Source: Phoronis australis
Lineage: Eukaryota; Animalia; Phoronida
Direction: 5' to 3'
DNA length: 64,000 bases
NCBI GenBank assembly: GCA_002633005.1
Contig: NMRA01000031.1
Span: forward strand, 62,001 to 126,000
The position numbers and the translations under genes are program-made. Positions 1 through 13,050 of the stretch are shown here, one piece after another. Under the pieces are notes generated by a model. That model did no database searches. It saw only the letters and a list, made by a program, of their open reading frames with translations, and had not been told where the DNA came from. How positions within the stretch are numbered: the first letter of the stretch is position 1; every line of letters starts with the position of its first letter.

Positions 1-556
1 ATTTTTGCCGAACAGTTCCTACTTCTGTTTGTTTACTTCCTCTTGTAATTTAAACGTGGCAAATGCGCTGAATTCACAAAATAAACAGAAAAAATTTGAA
101 TCAGAGGTAACAAATCTTGGAAAACTGTTGGTAATTTTGGAAGTCATCATGAACCTGGACACTGATTTAGAGGGAATTATTGTCTGACTTCAATACTCAC
201 AGTAGCGACCTCGTGGTGACTTGGAATTTTTCTTTAAACACCATCTCAGATTGCATTGGCGACCTATAGGCCGCCAAATCGAGTGCTGATACTAAGTGTT
301 CACAACAAAATCTCAAAAATGTTGTTACAGCTATACAGAAATATTTCGTTTTCGTAATGATTCCAAACTGCGTTTTGGAAAACAGCTTAAAGTGTATTCA
401 CCGTTTGTGAGTTTGGTATGAATCCTATTGACCATGTTTGTGATGTGGCATTCTTATTTCTTAGATTGTATTATTAGCTCACGGCTAGTGTTTGTAATGT
501 TACAAATTTAACTATTCAACAATATAGTATTCAATTCTGTATTCATTTGTTTGCAG

Positions 557-868
557 GGGAAAGATTTCTACTACATTAAATGGAAGGGTTGGAGTTCAAA
601 GTTCAACACTTGGGAGCCAGTTGAGAACCTGAACTGTCCTGACCTTGTTCAAGACTACCATGACTTGGTCACACAAGATGGCCTATCCAAGCGGCGTCAC
701 GCATACGACAATGATGACGCGGATGAACGTGAGTGCAAACGCCAGCGACTGGACCATCTTTTTGACAAGCTCTCGCGGTCACCGTATAAAAACAAGATCT
801 CACCACTACGGCTCTTGCAGACCTCGCAGTCGGAAGCGATGAAAAAACTGGCCAATCCGGCCAACAAG
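557..868 (+). CDS. SUV39H2: SUV39H exon (chromodomain)
   Basis: ttgcag|GGG AAA GAT...AAC AAG|gtgatt; [27 protein letters not shown]. Confidence 0.9.
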
Positions 869-3800
869 GTGATTAACCGATTAACCGCATGGGTTTAGTT
901 ACTTAAGTCGGGCCCAAAACCAAATGATGCTGTCAACTTTCCCTTGCAAAAACGTAGTTTTCCCAACAATGAATAACTATTATACCTGTGTATGAATTTT
1001 TAGAAAATAACAATTGCTCTATATGTGTGTATTTAGGCAACGTTATACGGGATCATTGCTTTTTTGAAAGTGAAATTTATGTTTTGCACTTGTGTCTGAG
1101 CTTTATAAGAACTGGCAGTCTGTTGATGATATCAACATTAATTGGTTTGTGTCAGTATTTGAGGTGATAAAACACATCAATGACAAACTCAAATGTTTAT
1201 ATAAATATATAAATCCAACCAGACTTAGAAATCTTTGCGAAACTCGGATGTTCTAAATACGAAGTACAGATTCAATCCTGAGGTTACAGCACTCAAAGAC
1301 GCTACTTGGCGGCCAGACCACTCAATACTATGACCGCTGATTCTGTGTGTAGTGCGTCTCTGCCGATTGGCTAGAATCCACAGTATCAGCCGTGAAATAA
1401 GCCCACTGGCTTGTAATAGTTGACTTTTGAAATAGCCGCGCCATATTGAAATTCATTATTCTGCAAGATGGTGATCAGTGGCCCGTTCCTACAAAACTGA
1501 CTTAGCTAAGACAAATCTTGAATTTTTTAAGTAAATTTTAAAATAAAAGTTAAATCTGTCTCAAAACCAATTCAAGAAAGAGATCTTAAGTTTGACTTAA
1601 GTGTTTGATATAAGTCTTAATTTTGACTAACTTACCTAATGGGAAGTTTGAAAGTTTGGAAATTAAGACATATTTTAAACTCAAGTAAAAATAAACTTAA
1701 GTCAGTTTCTTGGAACAGGCCCCAGGTCTTTGTTGGACTGGCATTCAGCGCCACGGTGAATACCCCATGAAGTGTGGACGGGAGGTTTGGACCTACTGGT
1801 ATAAACAGCGTACAACACCGATCTTGCTATCTAAGTGCCAGACAATTTCCACTGTTGTGCCGTGCGGTGTACTAATGGGCCTGGCAAACCTCTTGAAATA
1901 TCCATGGATGGAGGACATTGTGTCCCATACATTTCCCACTGTGAAAAAGAATTTGCGGCTGGGAAGTCAATGACTGCACTAGCCGATGTCAAAAAGCTAT
2001 TTAAAATAAATTGGTGAACTTGACCTAATCGTGCAGAGGGAGGGACTGACTGTGCAATTTATTCCATTGTTCTTAATGAACCACGATGTAGTAATCTCTG
2101 TCCAATCATTAATAAGTGGATAAAAGGTAAAGCGGGCGGGCTTATAACCGATGATGGTAAAATTGAATGCAGAGTCTGGATTTTGGGGAGTTTCTCCACC
2201 CCAAATGAGAACAATTGTTGCTATAACGGTGATTCTATTGATCGTGACATTTTTAATTTTAGTCGTCTTATTATTATTATTCAGGTGCCAAAAATTAAGC
2301 ATGCCCGCGTCAGTATGAACAAGAAGAGCAAATCCTATCAGCATCGTCGATGTGAAGTGCTGGCAGAGCTGAAACAATGGGAGCAACATTTGAACGCCAT
2401 CAACACCGATCCGAGCATTATCACGGTGGAAAACAACGTGGACTTGGAGGGCCCGCCGGGCAACTTCACCTACATCAACGACTACATGCCACAAGAGGGC
2501 ATCACCGTCCCCGACGACCCGATCGTTGGCTGCGAGTGCGAAGACTGCTACTATCAGAAGAAGCAGTGCTGTCCTGAGAACAGTGGGTTCCCCTTCGCCT
2601 ACACGAGTGCTGGGAGAGTGAGGGTTCCCGCAGGTAAATGTTAAGGTGCTGCTATGTCACAGTTCTGATGCTCTCCTCCTGAAAACGAACGATACCTCTC
2701 AGTAACGGAGCCCACATACTGTGCAAGCCATGATTTGTATGGATCAACTGAGTGCATAAAGTAATATTAATAGCACATATCTCGGCAAACAAGTGCCAAG
2801 AGTCAACTCCCTATTGTACGCAGACGACATGGTGTTATGTTCCTCTACCGCTATCAACTTACAACGTATGCTAAATTGTTTTGCAAAATTTTTCGAATCA
2901 TGGGGCATGCAAGAAAACTAAAGTGGTCGTTTTCAGAAATGGCGGTCCCTTTAGACGATATGAGAAATGATTTGTGGACCAAAGCCATTAAAGCCTTATC
3001 TAGTCAAGCAAATAAAGCTGCCTCTGCAATTTGTAAATTAAAGCGAAGATGTTGTGATCTGCCCCCCGTCAATAGCCTTTCACTTGTTAGATAAAATAGT
3101 TTACCCCTCTCTGTGTTACGGCGCTGAGATATGGGGCTTTAAGGAATATGAACAATTGGAAAATGTACACATCAAGTTATGTAAACGCATTTCAGGAGTA
3201 GGCAGCTGTTGTTCAAACTTGGCAATTATGGGAGAATGTGGTCGATTCCAATTGTTTACTAAATATTTTGTATCCTGTATAAAATATTGGTTCAAAATAC
3301 TGGAGAGGCCTGGTAATCGTGGGGTAAAAGGCTGCATGAGTCGTTTTCACAGGTTTTCATTAATTCCCCTACATTCATTCACTTGTAAAACCGAGCTCAG
3401 ATGAGTAGGAGACACATTTGTGCACTGCTTGATTCTCTGCTAGCAAAGCCAGCACTCGAACACAGGTCTCCCAAAGGGGAGTGCGGAGCTCAAACCACTG
3501 AGCCAAACTGTCTCCTCTCCTCTGTATCTTCAAAACATCATATCTAGGAAGTGGTTGGTTGGATACTTATGAAAATTTCAGATACATAGCTAGATACACT
3601 GTTCTATGAAACACTGTTAGGGATTTACTGTTTTTAAAATATTGGACTTTTGCATGAAGGGCTATCTAAAATTGGACTTACATGATTTCGTGAAAGCTCT
3701 ATAAAGTTACATAAAAAAAGATCGATAAAATGTCAAAAAATCTTAATTCTACAGGCTTTCTGCTTTCAGGAAAAATATACTTTTACTGAGTTAGAATTTA

Positions 3801-6800
3801 TAGCTTTGTAGATATTTGGCTCAATACAAACTTGTAGATGGGGTAATACATCACCTCGACGTTCGACTAATACATGGCCTCGAGATGACCAATCACTTAT
3901 TTACTTGAAACTTGGGTTGCTTTAACTTTAACAGTGAGGTCAGGTCCAGTTTTCTCCCTGCGTTCATTCAAACATGGTGCTGCATTACGTTTTGCACCAT
4001 GTTTAGAAATATTGAGCCATGTGTGAAAAGCCCGAGCGTTTTCAGCCGAATGATTCAAACTGTTTTCCAAGTTGGTGTATTTTTTATTGTTAAGCAGTTA
4101 AAATCACAGTGACGTGTCCAGCAAGTGAAAATAATTGTTTATATCTGCTTTTGTGATTTAAGAGAAAGGGAGACTTCTAGTCAAGTACGCGACATGCCAT
4201 TTGCATCTTGTTTGAATTTTTGTCCAGACCCTGGTCTTGTGTTGACTTTTTAACTTTATCAGGAATATCCGAATTTTCATTGAGTGTAAGTAATAATTTA
4301 TATAGTTACATGGTTACACTGCTGCCACCTGCCGGACATTAACCTCACTATTATTGTATTTCTATACTTTATCGTGTTACAGGCACCCCTATTTATGAGT
4401 GTAACAAACGGTGCAAGTGTCCATCTACGTGTCCCAACCGCGTGGTGCAGTTTGGCCGTAAGGTCAAGGTTAGCATCTTCCGCACAGCCAATGGCCGAGG
4501 TTGGGGCGTGAAAACGTTGCAGAGAATTAAGAAGGGCTCGTTTGTGATGGAATATGTGGGAGAGGTACGTACTGCATTTTGATGGGGGCCCTGCAGGGAT
4601 TGAGAAAGCCATTTGAGTGGTGACAATGATTTTCCATGACAAAAGAAACCAGGCGGAATGAATAGAATCTTACTTTTTCAATTGACTTCTATCAATCATG
4701 GAAGTAGAGGTTTGTTGTATGGGTGGGTTGGCCCCAGGTGAGGTAAACAAATGACAGCTTGCAGTTGAGTGAATGAGTCTTGAAAGGACTGCGTTGAAAT
4801 GTGGACCCTGCCCAGGAAGCAGGAGTTGTTCACAGCGGAAGGCATGTTTGAGGGCGACGGACGAGGCGAAGAGTTACCGTTTGTTGTTAAAAGTTATGTA
4901 ACCTGGAGAAGTAGAGTAGTTTTCAAAAAAGATGATTAATTTCGTTGTATGAATTGTGTTGAACTTTTTCAAAGCATGGCGAAAAGCCAGAAGACAAACA
5001 GGTGAAATGTGGCATTCAATTAATATTTGAAAATAAGACAAAAGTGTTCCTTTGAAATTTATATGATTTAGTTTGCCAAGAAGAATTGTTGTCACTTTTT
5101 TCCAGAGATAAGAATTTAGTGGATGCAACACGTCAACAACGAGTATCTTTGTGCGTTTCTATTGACCTGTATGACTCAATTCCTTGCTTGCTTGATATGT
5201 AACAGCATTAGCAGATTGTCATTGTACTTTAGGTGGCGTCTTTGTCTTTCGTCTTAAGTTGGCTCTTGGCTTTAGCTGTTCATGTTGTAAAACATGTTGG
5301 ACATGCATTCTTTGCAATCTTGAGTGTTTAAAAAATCATTGATGGTGATAAACAGCACGCCTTGTTTTTGCAGATAATTACCAATGAAGAGGCTGAGCAG
5401 AGGGGTCTGCAGTACGACGCCGAGGGTATGACCTATTTGTTTGACCTAGATTACAACGGAGAGGACTGTCCGTTTACAGTGGACGCTCGGTTCTATGGCA
5501 ATGTGGCACACTTTGTGAATCACTCTGTAAGTAGCTGTACATTGTGCACAGAGCAGCCAGTTTCTGTGAATGTTTATGTTTGGCATACGTCCCGTGATGA
5601 AATTTTATCACGTGCAGGAAACTGCTAAATCACTGTCATTGTCATATAATTTTTGTTATCTTCAGTCTATTTTTCATTATGTCTAGCGTGAGCCTAGCAG
5701 TCAAAAGTGTGTCGGTTTTCTCTGACAGAATCCCTAAGTTTTACACCTATTGATGTCAAATGTCGGTGAAATTTCAGGAAAATTTGTTCAGCTAGGTTTG
5801 ACAATTTTCGTAATAACTCTTATGAAACTAAGAAGATTTTGTCATGTTCTTCTAGTATTTTGGAAAATGCTGCATTTTTTTTGGGTTGTAGACTCACAGA
5901 TTATTCAACTCAGTTGATTGTGATGAGTTTCCGTTTTCCAGTGCGATCCGAATTTATCCGTCTATGGCGTCTGGATTAACAACCTGGATCCTCGTCTGCC
6001 CAGGATTTGCCTGTTTGCCAAACGTGACATAGCACGGGGAGAGGAGCTGACATTTGACTACATGATGACAGGTAAATCAACTATAGGTCTAGTTTTTGTT
6101 TCATTTGTTTCTAGATTTAATTTCATAATGGCCATATTTTGCAATGTTTAGCTGGCTAAAATCGAAAATCTGGACTTTATTGTCATAATCTTGGTTTCAT
6201 AATACTACTTAACCATGGCATGAATCAGACTCTGTTTCCGTCACCAATTCAAGTTGTAAGCAATGTGTATATGTGGCCAGGAGCAACGAACCTGAAGCAT
6301 TTTCTCGAGTCGGTGGTCGCAGTATTTTTGTTCGCAACGGAAATAGAACCCCTCGTGGTGACGAATATGAGACATATTTCACGAGAGTCAAAGGCCTAAT
6401 CTATTTGTTACCAGCTAAACAAGGCAATGTATAGCTGCAATGAATTATTATGAACAGAGCAATTACAAATTTACAAACGAAAGTTGTTTTGCTTATTCTC
6501 CATGCTTTTTTAAGATTCCAAAGTAAACAACTAACTGTCTAGTCAACTCTGCCAGTTTCCAAATAAGGAAATCAATGGAGCCAGATACCTGACATAGTTT
6601 ACACATATTCGACTGTGTTCTCTTGGTGGCAGCAGACAACTTGTAGGTTTGTGCATTGGAGATGAATAGGTTTACATATCTCAAGGGCTCAGTGCCTTTG
6701 CTTTAAATTCCTTTTACACCAAGGTGACGTTTGTCAAGTGGCTGCCAAGTGACAAAAAATGGCCCGAGCTGTCAATGAATTTTCAGTGAGATCCCAGCAT

Positions 6801-7780
6801 TCCTGAAGATCTCTCAGTGGTTTTGCAGTGACTGTCATCATCCAATAGTTATCTTTCCTGGTTTTATCAGTGATGTCCACGTGTCTTTTAACGATCTCTC
6901 TTGGTCAGATAACAAGCATTCACCACTGTCTTATTGGCTGCTGCAAAGTATTCTTCATCTCTAGAGGATCTCTTGAATATTTACAAAAAAATGTTTTTAG
7001 AATTGGAGAGATCTGTGTATAGGGACCCTTGGGATCAGGGATTCATCTACGATTTGAAATGTGGGTGTTCAAATTTCCAAGATTGACGCTCGCCATATGA
7101 GGGGACTCTGTGTGAGGTCATCGTGACATCACAAGAAAGGGAGATAATCCCCCAGAAAAAAATAGCTGCCAGCATAATGTATGTTAGTCAGTGTGACATT
7201 TATGGTTAAAAAAGACTGTAACTGTTTTTTATCTTGATTTTTATCTGAATATTTATCAAACTAAAAGAACGAATTACAGGTTTCAATAACCTTTATTCAA
7301 CAGAAATGTTAATTTTTGTGTTTAGTCGTTGTGTTTGACGAGTTTGTCTTGCAACAATCATTTTTTCTGTCTTGGCTGTGCAGTCCAACCGTCATTTGTT
7401 GACAACCGCTAGATGAGTACCTGTCTAGGACTTGATCTGGTCTGTGGCGATTTCCACTGAACATAACTCATCATTTCGTTTCAGGAGACACCACTGTAAA
7501 TAATAAAACTCAGGAAGAATCAATGAATCAATCTGAGAGCAACAGTGTCGATAATTTACAAGATCAGCAAAGCACAAACATCGTCGAAAGACAATCGGAG
7601 AAGACCAGCGAGACAGAATCTCCAGAGGATGCGGAGAGCAATAGCGAAATAGATGTTCTTAATGACAGCATCTCCTCATCTTCATCATTCTTCCATCGCA
7701 ATAAGCCAGCCTCTCGCACAGACAAGTACAAGATAATGTGTCAGTGCGGCGCAAGCAACTGCAGGAAGTATCTGTTTTAG
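557..7780 (+). CDS. SUV39H2: Histone H3K9 methyltransferase, SUV39H1/2 family (chromo, pre-SET, SET, post-SET); 5'-partial, 6 coding exons in window
   Basis: Exons 557-868, 2285-2633, 4383-4564, 5374-5526, 5942-6071, 7485-7780; all GT-AG with consistent phases, 1422 nt = 474 codons including the stop. Motifs: chromo [13 protein letters not shown], pre-SET GCEC..C..CC and [51 protein letters not shown], post-[16 protein letters not shown]. Probably a single co-orthologue of SUV39H1 and SUV39H2. Confidence 0.95.
1479..1722. mobile_element. PIF/Harbinger-type MITE, copy 1
   Basis: TIRs (T/G)GGCC(C/T)GTTCC..AAACTGACTTA; 3-bp TSD CAG; inverted homologue at 34840-35085. Confidence 0.8.
2285..2633 (+). 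CDS. SUV39H2: SUV39H exon (pre-SET, N-terminal part)
   Basis: ttcag|GTG CCA...GCA G|gtaaat; [22 protein letters not shown]...IVGCECEDC...CCP. Confidence 0.93.
2900..3310 (+). mobile_element. Degenerate non-LTR retrotransposon (LINE) fragment, C-terminal to the RT domain
   Basis: Frameshifted peptides [10 protein letters not shown].. and [17 protein letters not shown]...[15 protein letters not shown]....[10 protein letters not shown]...IKYW, typical of the post-RT region of LINE ORF2. Confidence 0.75.
3390..3515 (-). mobile_element. tRNA-derived SINE head
   Basis: Minus strand reads GGAGACAGTT-TGGCTCAGTGG (A box)...GTTCGAGT (B box); no full cloverleaf. Confidence 0.6.
4383..4564 (+). CDS. 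SUV39H2: SUV39H exon (pre-SET/SET)
   Basis: ttacag|GC ACC...GAG|gtacgt; [24 protein letters not shown]...GRGWGVKT...EYVGE. Confidence 0.95.
5374..5526 (+). CDS. SUV39H2: SUV39H exon (SET)
   Basis: ttgcag|ATA...TCT|gtaagt; [11 protein letters not shown]...YLFDLDY...HFVNHS. Confidence 0.95.
5942..6071 (+). CDS. SUV39H2: SUV39H exon (SET, C-terminal part)
   Basis: ttccag|TGC GAT CCG...ACA G|gtaaat; CDPNL...[25 protein letters not shown]. Confidence 0.95.
7485..7780 (+). CDS. SUV39H2: SUV39H last coding exon (acidic linker and post-SET)
   Basis: tttcag|GA GAC; phase 1 matches the previous exon; ends [18 protein letters not shown]. Confidence 0.92.
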
Positions 7781-8492
7781 CATGTCGTCATGGTTACAGT
7801 CTGATTATCGGTCATGCAATTTCGACAGTAATATAGGTCGTTTTCACTTTGTTTTGTATGTTGTGGTACAGGCCAAAAAAGCGTGATTGATTCTGGTTTG
7901 TTCCGTCGTAATTCAAAGTCACACACATTACCTTTCGAAACCTGTTCTTATTCAATCAAGGTCATGAAAGTGATGATTATTGCGAATTTCCAAGCAAAAT
8001 AGCTTAGATACATTTGTGTGGCTTTTGAAAAGTAAATTGAAAAAGAATTTCGCTAAAATGGCATGGGTGGGCATTTCTTTCTTTTAATAGTGAGGCGTAG
8101 GTTTCAAAATGAGTCGTGTGCAGACCAGAAGCTTATGCTATTTTCTGTGGCCTAATTCTATCAGTGTCGCATAATGTATGCTGCATGTCAAAAGTATTTG
8201 CCAAATGACCTGAGGGTACATCCTTTTGAAACGCCCTGTATTGCTTGACAAATTTGTCCGAATAGTATTATTATAGCTTTCAGTAGTTTCAAAAATGTTG
8301 AAATTCCTTCTCGTTGGAAATGGGTGAAACTTTGAAGGATAATTTTAGTCTTATTTTTGTGCTTTCTTCTGGGTTTTTGTCATAATTTCAATGGAATTGC
8401 ACAAATTTGGACAAAATCAGACACCTTCTTTTAAATACCACTGTATGTCATAATTTATAAGAAATGTAAAGGTGTAAAGTTTAAAGTGGCTA

Positions 8493-8930
8493 TTAACCCA
8501 TGTTCCTTGCAAAAAGCAAAGTTTTGATTTTTGACCACTTACTGACTGAGCGGCAAGGCATCTAAGTCAACACTGATCTCGACGTGTTCCTTGCTCAGGT
8601 CAGAAATGATGTCTGGGTTTGCAAAAAACTGATGGTTGGTTATTCCTTGAGGCCATGGTCGGTGCATAAAATGACACGCCATGACAAGACAACTTGTAGG
8701 GCTTGTTCTTGAGTAACGATGATCTGTCAATTATTTCCGAGCCCTGAAATCACCTTATTGATTTGGACTTGTTCCTTGCTCAGATAAGAAGTGATGTCTG
8801 GGTTTGCAAAGAAGTGAATTTTCATTATTCCTCGAGACCATGCTCACTGCGGCAAGCCATCTTATAGAGCCCTGACATCACCTCAAATTTGACAAAGGAG
8901 TAATTTGAGACCAACTTCATGAAGGGAAGG
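8493..8930. repeat. Second old dispersed repeat family
   Basis: AACCCAT...AAGTTTTGATTT.GACCA...TTCCTT.CTCAGAT...GAGACCATG; related copies near 10785-11030, 47178-47420 and inverted near 54200-54330. Confidence 0.55.
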
Positions 8931-11621
8931 GGTGTGCGCCAATAGTTGCTTTGTTGATGGAAGGTAAGTTTGTAGCTGCTTTAAGGGAATCAGAGATGTC
9001 CGCAATTGGTGCTATGACACGTTCTTTCAAGTACCTTCTTCTTACATTGGGTAAGAACACTCTCTTCACAGTATTGTGTCACTGTATAATTAGAAATGAA
9101 GCAAATGACGTGGAACAAAGAAACTAGAAATGGAATGGATTCCGACCCGTAATGTATAGAAGTTTATTGGAATAAAAAGTGGGTTATTTGTCAGATAGAG
9201 AATGGCTGTGGTTGTTAAATGGGGGCTATTGACGTGACATGCTTTTTCGTGGAAAATTGATAGAATAAAGTATCAGGTGGTGTGTCTTTTGTGGAGAGAC
9301 TGGTTAGATTGCTGTAGAATGACTCGTTAAATTTTTGTGCAGACTTTTAGAACCCAAACCTTACAAAGTGTACAGAGCTAGAACGAGACGTGATTCAGAG
9401 TACGTGATTTGAAGTGTATGTTCAACAGTGAGACCTTTATCCCAAGAAGGCCTCAAGACGTCATTGTTGAGCTGTTTTTGATCTCAAGGTCCTTTTAATG
9501 TAATGTTACTGAGTAAGCATCGAGTGACGTCATAGCGGTGTTGACCGTTTGATATAAGGATACATCCGGTAATAATGTCAGCTTCCACTAATTAACCGGC
9601 GAAGGACCAACTGAGTAAACCAAAACAATTCACTCTGCCTCGTGTCAAATTCTTATCATGAGTTTGTTTTTGACGCAAGCCAATTTTCCACCTTACAGGC
9701 TTGTAGTCGTTCTTTGTGCAATGGAGTGAGAGATATCCTTTAAACAATAACATCTGATCACAGTGGGATTTGTGACTTTTACTACCCCCTGATGGTGAGA
9801 ATATAATTTCACTGTTTTGCACAATGATCTGAAGCATGTTGCTGGTTGCATCATTACCATAGCATGTCACTGTGGCAACATTTTTGACATTTGCATGTTA
9901 CTATGGCGACATTTTTTGACATTAGTGTAATATTAAAGTTAATTGGATAGGGTGCACTTAACATTTACGTTATTCACAAGACACAGGTGATCAGCTGTAA
10001 GTAGTCCGTCAAAGCGATGCTGTTGTTAGCTAATGCTCACATTTTTGAAGTGGCTGTGCTGGTAAATGAATGTTCTTTTATGTTCAGGCCTGGTGTAAAT
10101 TTAGAAATGGTTTGTCACGCGTGATGTTTGAAATTAGCGGTAACTAAGCTCCGGTGAATTTGCGTGAGTTTGCTTTGAGTGACATGTACTTTATAAAATA
10201 TGAAATTGTTTTTGGTAATTTTAAATGTTTATTTTTTAATAGCTTTGTTCTGTATTAGACGTGGTCGTTGATGTTTAAACAATTTATTATCTGGGGATTT
10301 CATTCATTTGGCCATCTTCGATTCACTTTCAAAGACTTGCGATAAGTTCTTAATGCGTATATACCTTCATAGCGTTTTTTTTAAGCTCTTGGAAAAAGTA
10401 ACTTGGAGCCTAAAGTCTGTATTGGTGTAATTTCCCGAGACTGATGAATAGAAACTAAAAATGAAACTGTGGTCAGAAATCTGCTCAGTGTAGCAGCAAA
10501 TCTAAGCAAATCATGTGTTTTTTGCCTATAACAAAGTTGGCTTTGGTCTCACGAGACCAATTTAATGAACAGCATGACTTTTTCACAATGCATTATCATA
10601 AAACCTGGAGCATACCGCTATTGCATGATATTTGAGTATGGCTGTTTGCATTCCAGCATAAACAACAAGAGTATTTTAATTGGAATATGAAATTCACAAC
10701 ATGTGTGGTTTTGTTCTTAGCATATCAAATATTGAAATTGGTTGATTTTAGCCAACGAATATGTTATACGTCTGTGTGGTTATGAACCCATGATCCTTCA
10801 TTGAAACTAAAGTTTTGATTTAGACCACTCAACCACTGTAATAACTGATCTGAACTTCTTCCTAGCTCAGATGAAAAGTGGTTTCTGAGTTAGGGAAAAT
10901 TAGCAGTTCTTTTTATCACTTGCCACCATGGCTTGTGTATAAAGTGACTTGTCGTTACGAGCCAACTTGTAGAGCACCATCTCGGCAGTAATTAACTCTC
11001 GGTTCTCTCCAAGCCTAGAAATGGCCTCTAGTTTTATTTACTAAAAAATTAGGACTAATTGCTTACTGCAAGTGGTCTCACCAAAAGTTAGTTTTTGTAA
11101 CAAAAATGCAGTTTTTAGCTGCTCTAACATTTTGGCCAGGGTTGATTGGACGTAAATAACAAAAGAAGTGATGGGCGTTGCATTTAAAGAAATTATATGA
11201 CCTTGTATTGGAAGTCACATTTAAATATTGCCAAAATGCATTGTTTCGCCCTTAAGGATAGGAGCATATATACCAGGTTTTACAGGAGTAATGAACTCTG
11301 GAGGATCACATGGTACTGTGTTGCCGAAGTGTTCCACTGTGTTCTTGATGGGCAGGCATGAGATGTAATATCTGAGGTTTGAAGGTTTTATTTCCATATT
11401 GATTTTTGTAACTGATTTTGTTCATGGTTTGGGGGTTAATCATGGTATGAATGTTACTGCAAGTCTGACTTGTTCATAAAATATTCACAAAAAGTTGCCT
11501 ATCAAGACCATGCTAGAGCACCATAATAGCTCGCTTTCAATTTCTTATTGATAGAAGCATTTGCAGCATTCATTATAGTTGTATTGTAAATACCATCATT
11601 GTACATACTAGTTTTTGTAAT

Positions 11622-11627
11622 AATAAA
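11622..11627 (+). terminator. Candidate SUV39H polyadenylation signal
   Basis: AATAAA preceded by several TGTA motifs (about 11580-11620) and followed by a T-rich tract; earlier AATAAA copies exist near 9171 and 9264. Confidence 0.35.
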
Positions 11628-13050
11628 ATTTTAAAATAATTATGTTAATACAAGTTTTTATGGTACTTAGAGCAATTCTTCCCTTATTTAGCACAAGATA
11701 TGGCCGACACGTGAAATTCTATTTTGTCCAATTTCTCCACAAAAATAAAGCAAGATGTAGTCCGACATTGTTTCTACTGTGTGGGTGCCATAAAATAACA
11801 TTTGTTGCAAATCAACCTTTGAAAAATGGCAATTTATAATTTCTGTGCATATACTGGTACTCATGATATTCCGGCGATTCCGTAAAAGTGCCAGAATTCT
11901 GACACATTTCATTTCCTATAACCAAGCCTCAAATGGCTAAACCGAGCAGCGCCGTCTTGCCTTTTAGGCTTGGGGACGAGGCTGCATACATTGTATATTG
12001 AAGACTGATTTGTTCATATATAAGCTTCTTAATGTGGAGGCTTCTGAAAAAAGAACCACCCTTGATGTTAAACATAGAGAAACTGTCAAAAGTGTGATAA
12101 TTATTTATTAAAAAAAACAACACAATTAATACATGGTTCAGTAAAACAATTTTCACTAAACATAAAAACTATCAATAATTATTGAAACCTGACTGACAGG
12201 AGTATACGCATACTTAAATTGAAAATTGACACACTTTTCTGCTGTTAAGAAAAAGCTCAATTCCATAATTCATACAAGAGAAGGGCAAAAGTAAAAAATG
12301 AGAAAGCAAGTACAAGTGATTATCAAATAAGTGTTCACTAGGAACGGCACATGCACATCTTGTTTTTATCTACATTCAAAACCAACCTTTCAATGTAATG
12401 TATACAATTGTGCGAGTCCATTACATCCAATAAAAATGCCCTTAACATTCCTTTAACTCCTACCCCTTGATTTTCGAGCACCCCGAGTGGTAACAGAGGT
12501 TTACCCTGAGGTGGAGATAATCTAAGTCACCATGGCAACGCTGCAACAACTGTGTAAATAACAGTTCAAGGTTATCGTCGGTGATGTAATGAATGTACAA
12601 AAAATTACTTTCCGGCCATCTGCCCTCCCCTAATGTGTACAAATGTGGCAATTACTAAATTACAAAAAAACAGCACCAACAAGTTGACATGTATACACAA
12701 GTTTGACACGTTGCTCTTCACTCCTAAAAGACCCTTTAAAATTCTTGAGGCAGAGAACAAAATACTATGTCAGATTAAAGAATTCAATTTTGCTGAAGTT
12801 CTGAACATAAATATACATTAATTTTAAAGAGTTTTACTTCTTGTGTAACAAAAAGTCAGTGCTAAATACATGAAGAAAAATACTGTTTGGGGTACGTTTT
12901 TGAAAAATACAACAATGTCCCTATCGATATAACATTAAAAAATCGTTGAATGTAATTGCCAAAATTGAAAAATTATTAAATTTACAGCAATTGTAAATTG
13001 CCAGCAATGCAAAATAAATATTTAAAAAATTCTTTAATAGCAGAAAATCT

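Noticed and set aside
3440-3515. tRNA gene
   Set aside because: A and B boxes are present but there is no acceptor stem or cloverleaf; interpreted as a SINE head.
10435-10480. Hammerhead ribozyme-like CTGATGA...GAAAC..GTC
   Set aside because: Stems I and II cannot pair; other CTGATGA hits and a Penelope-like trace near 33990-34040 also lack the fold.
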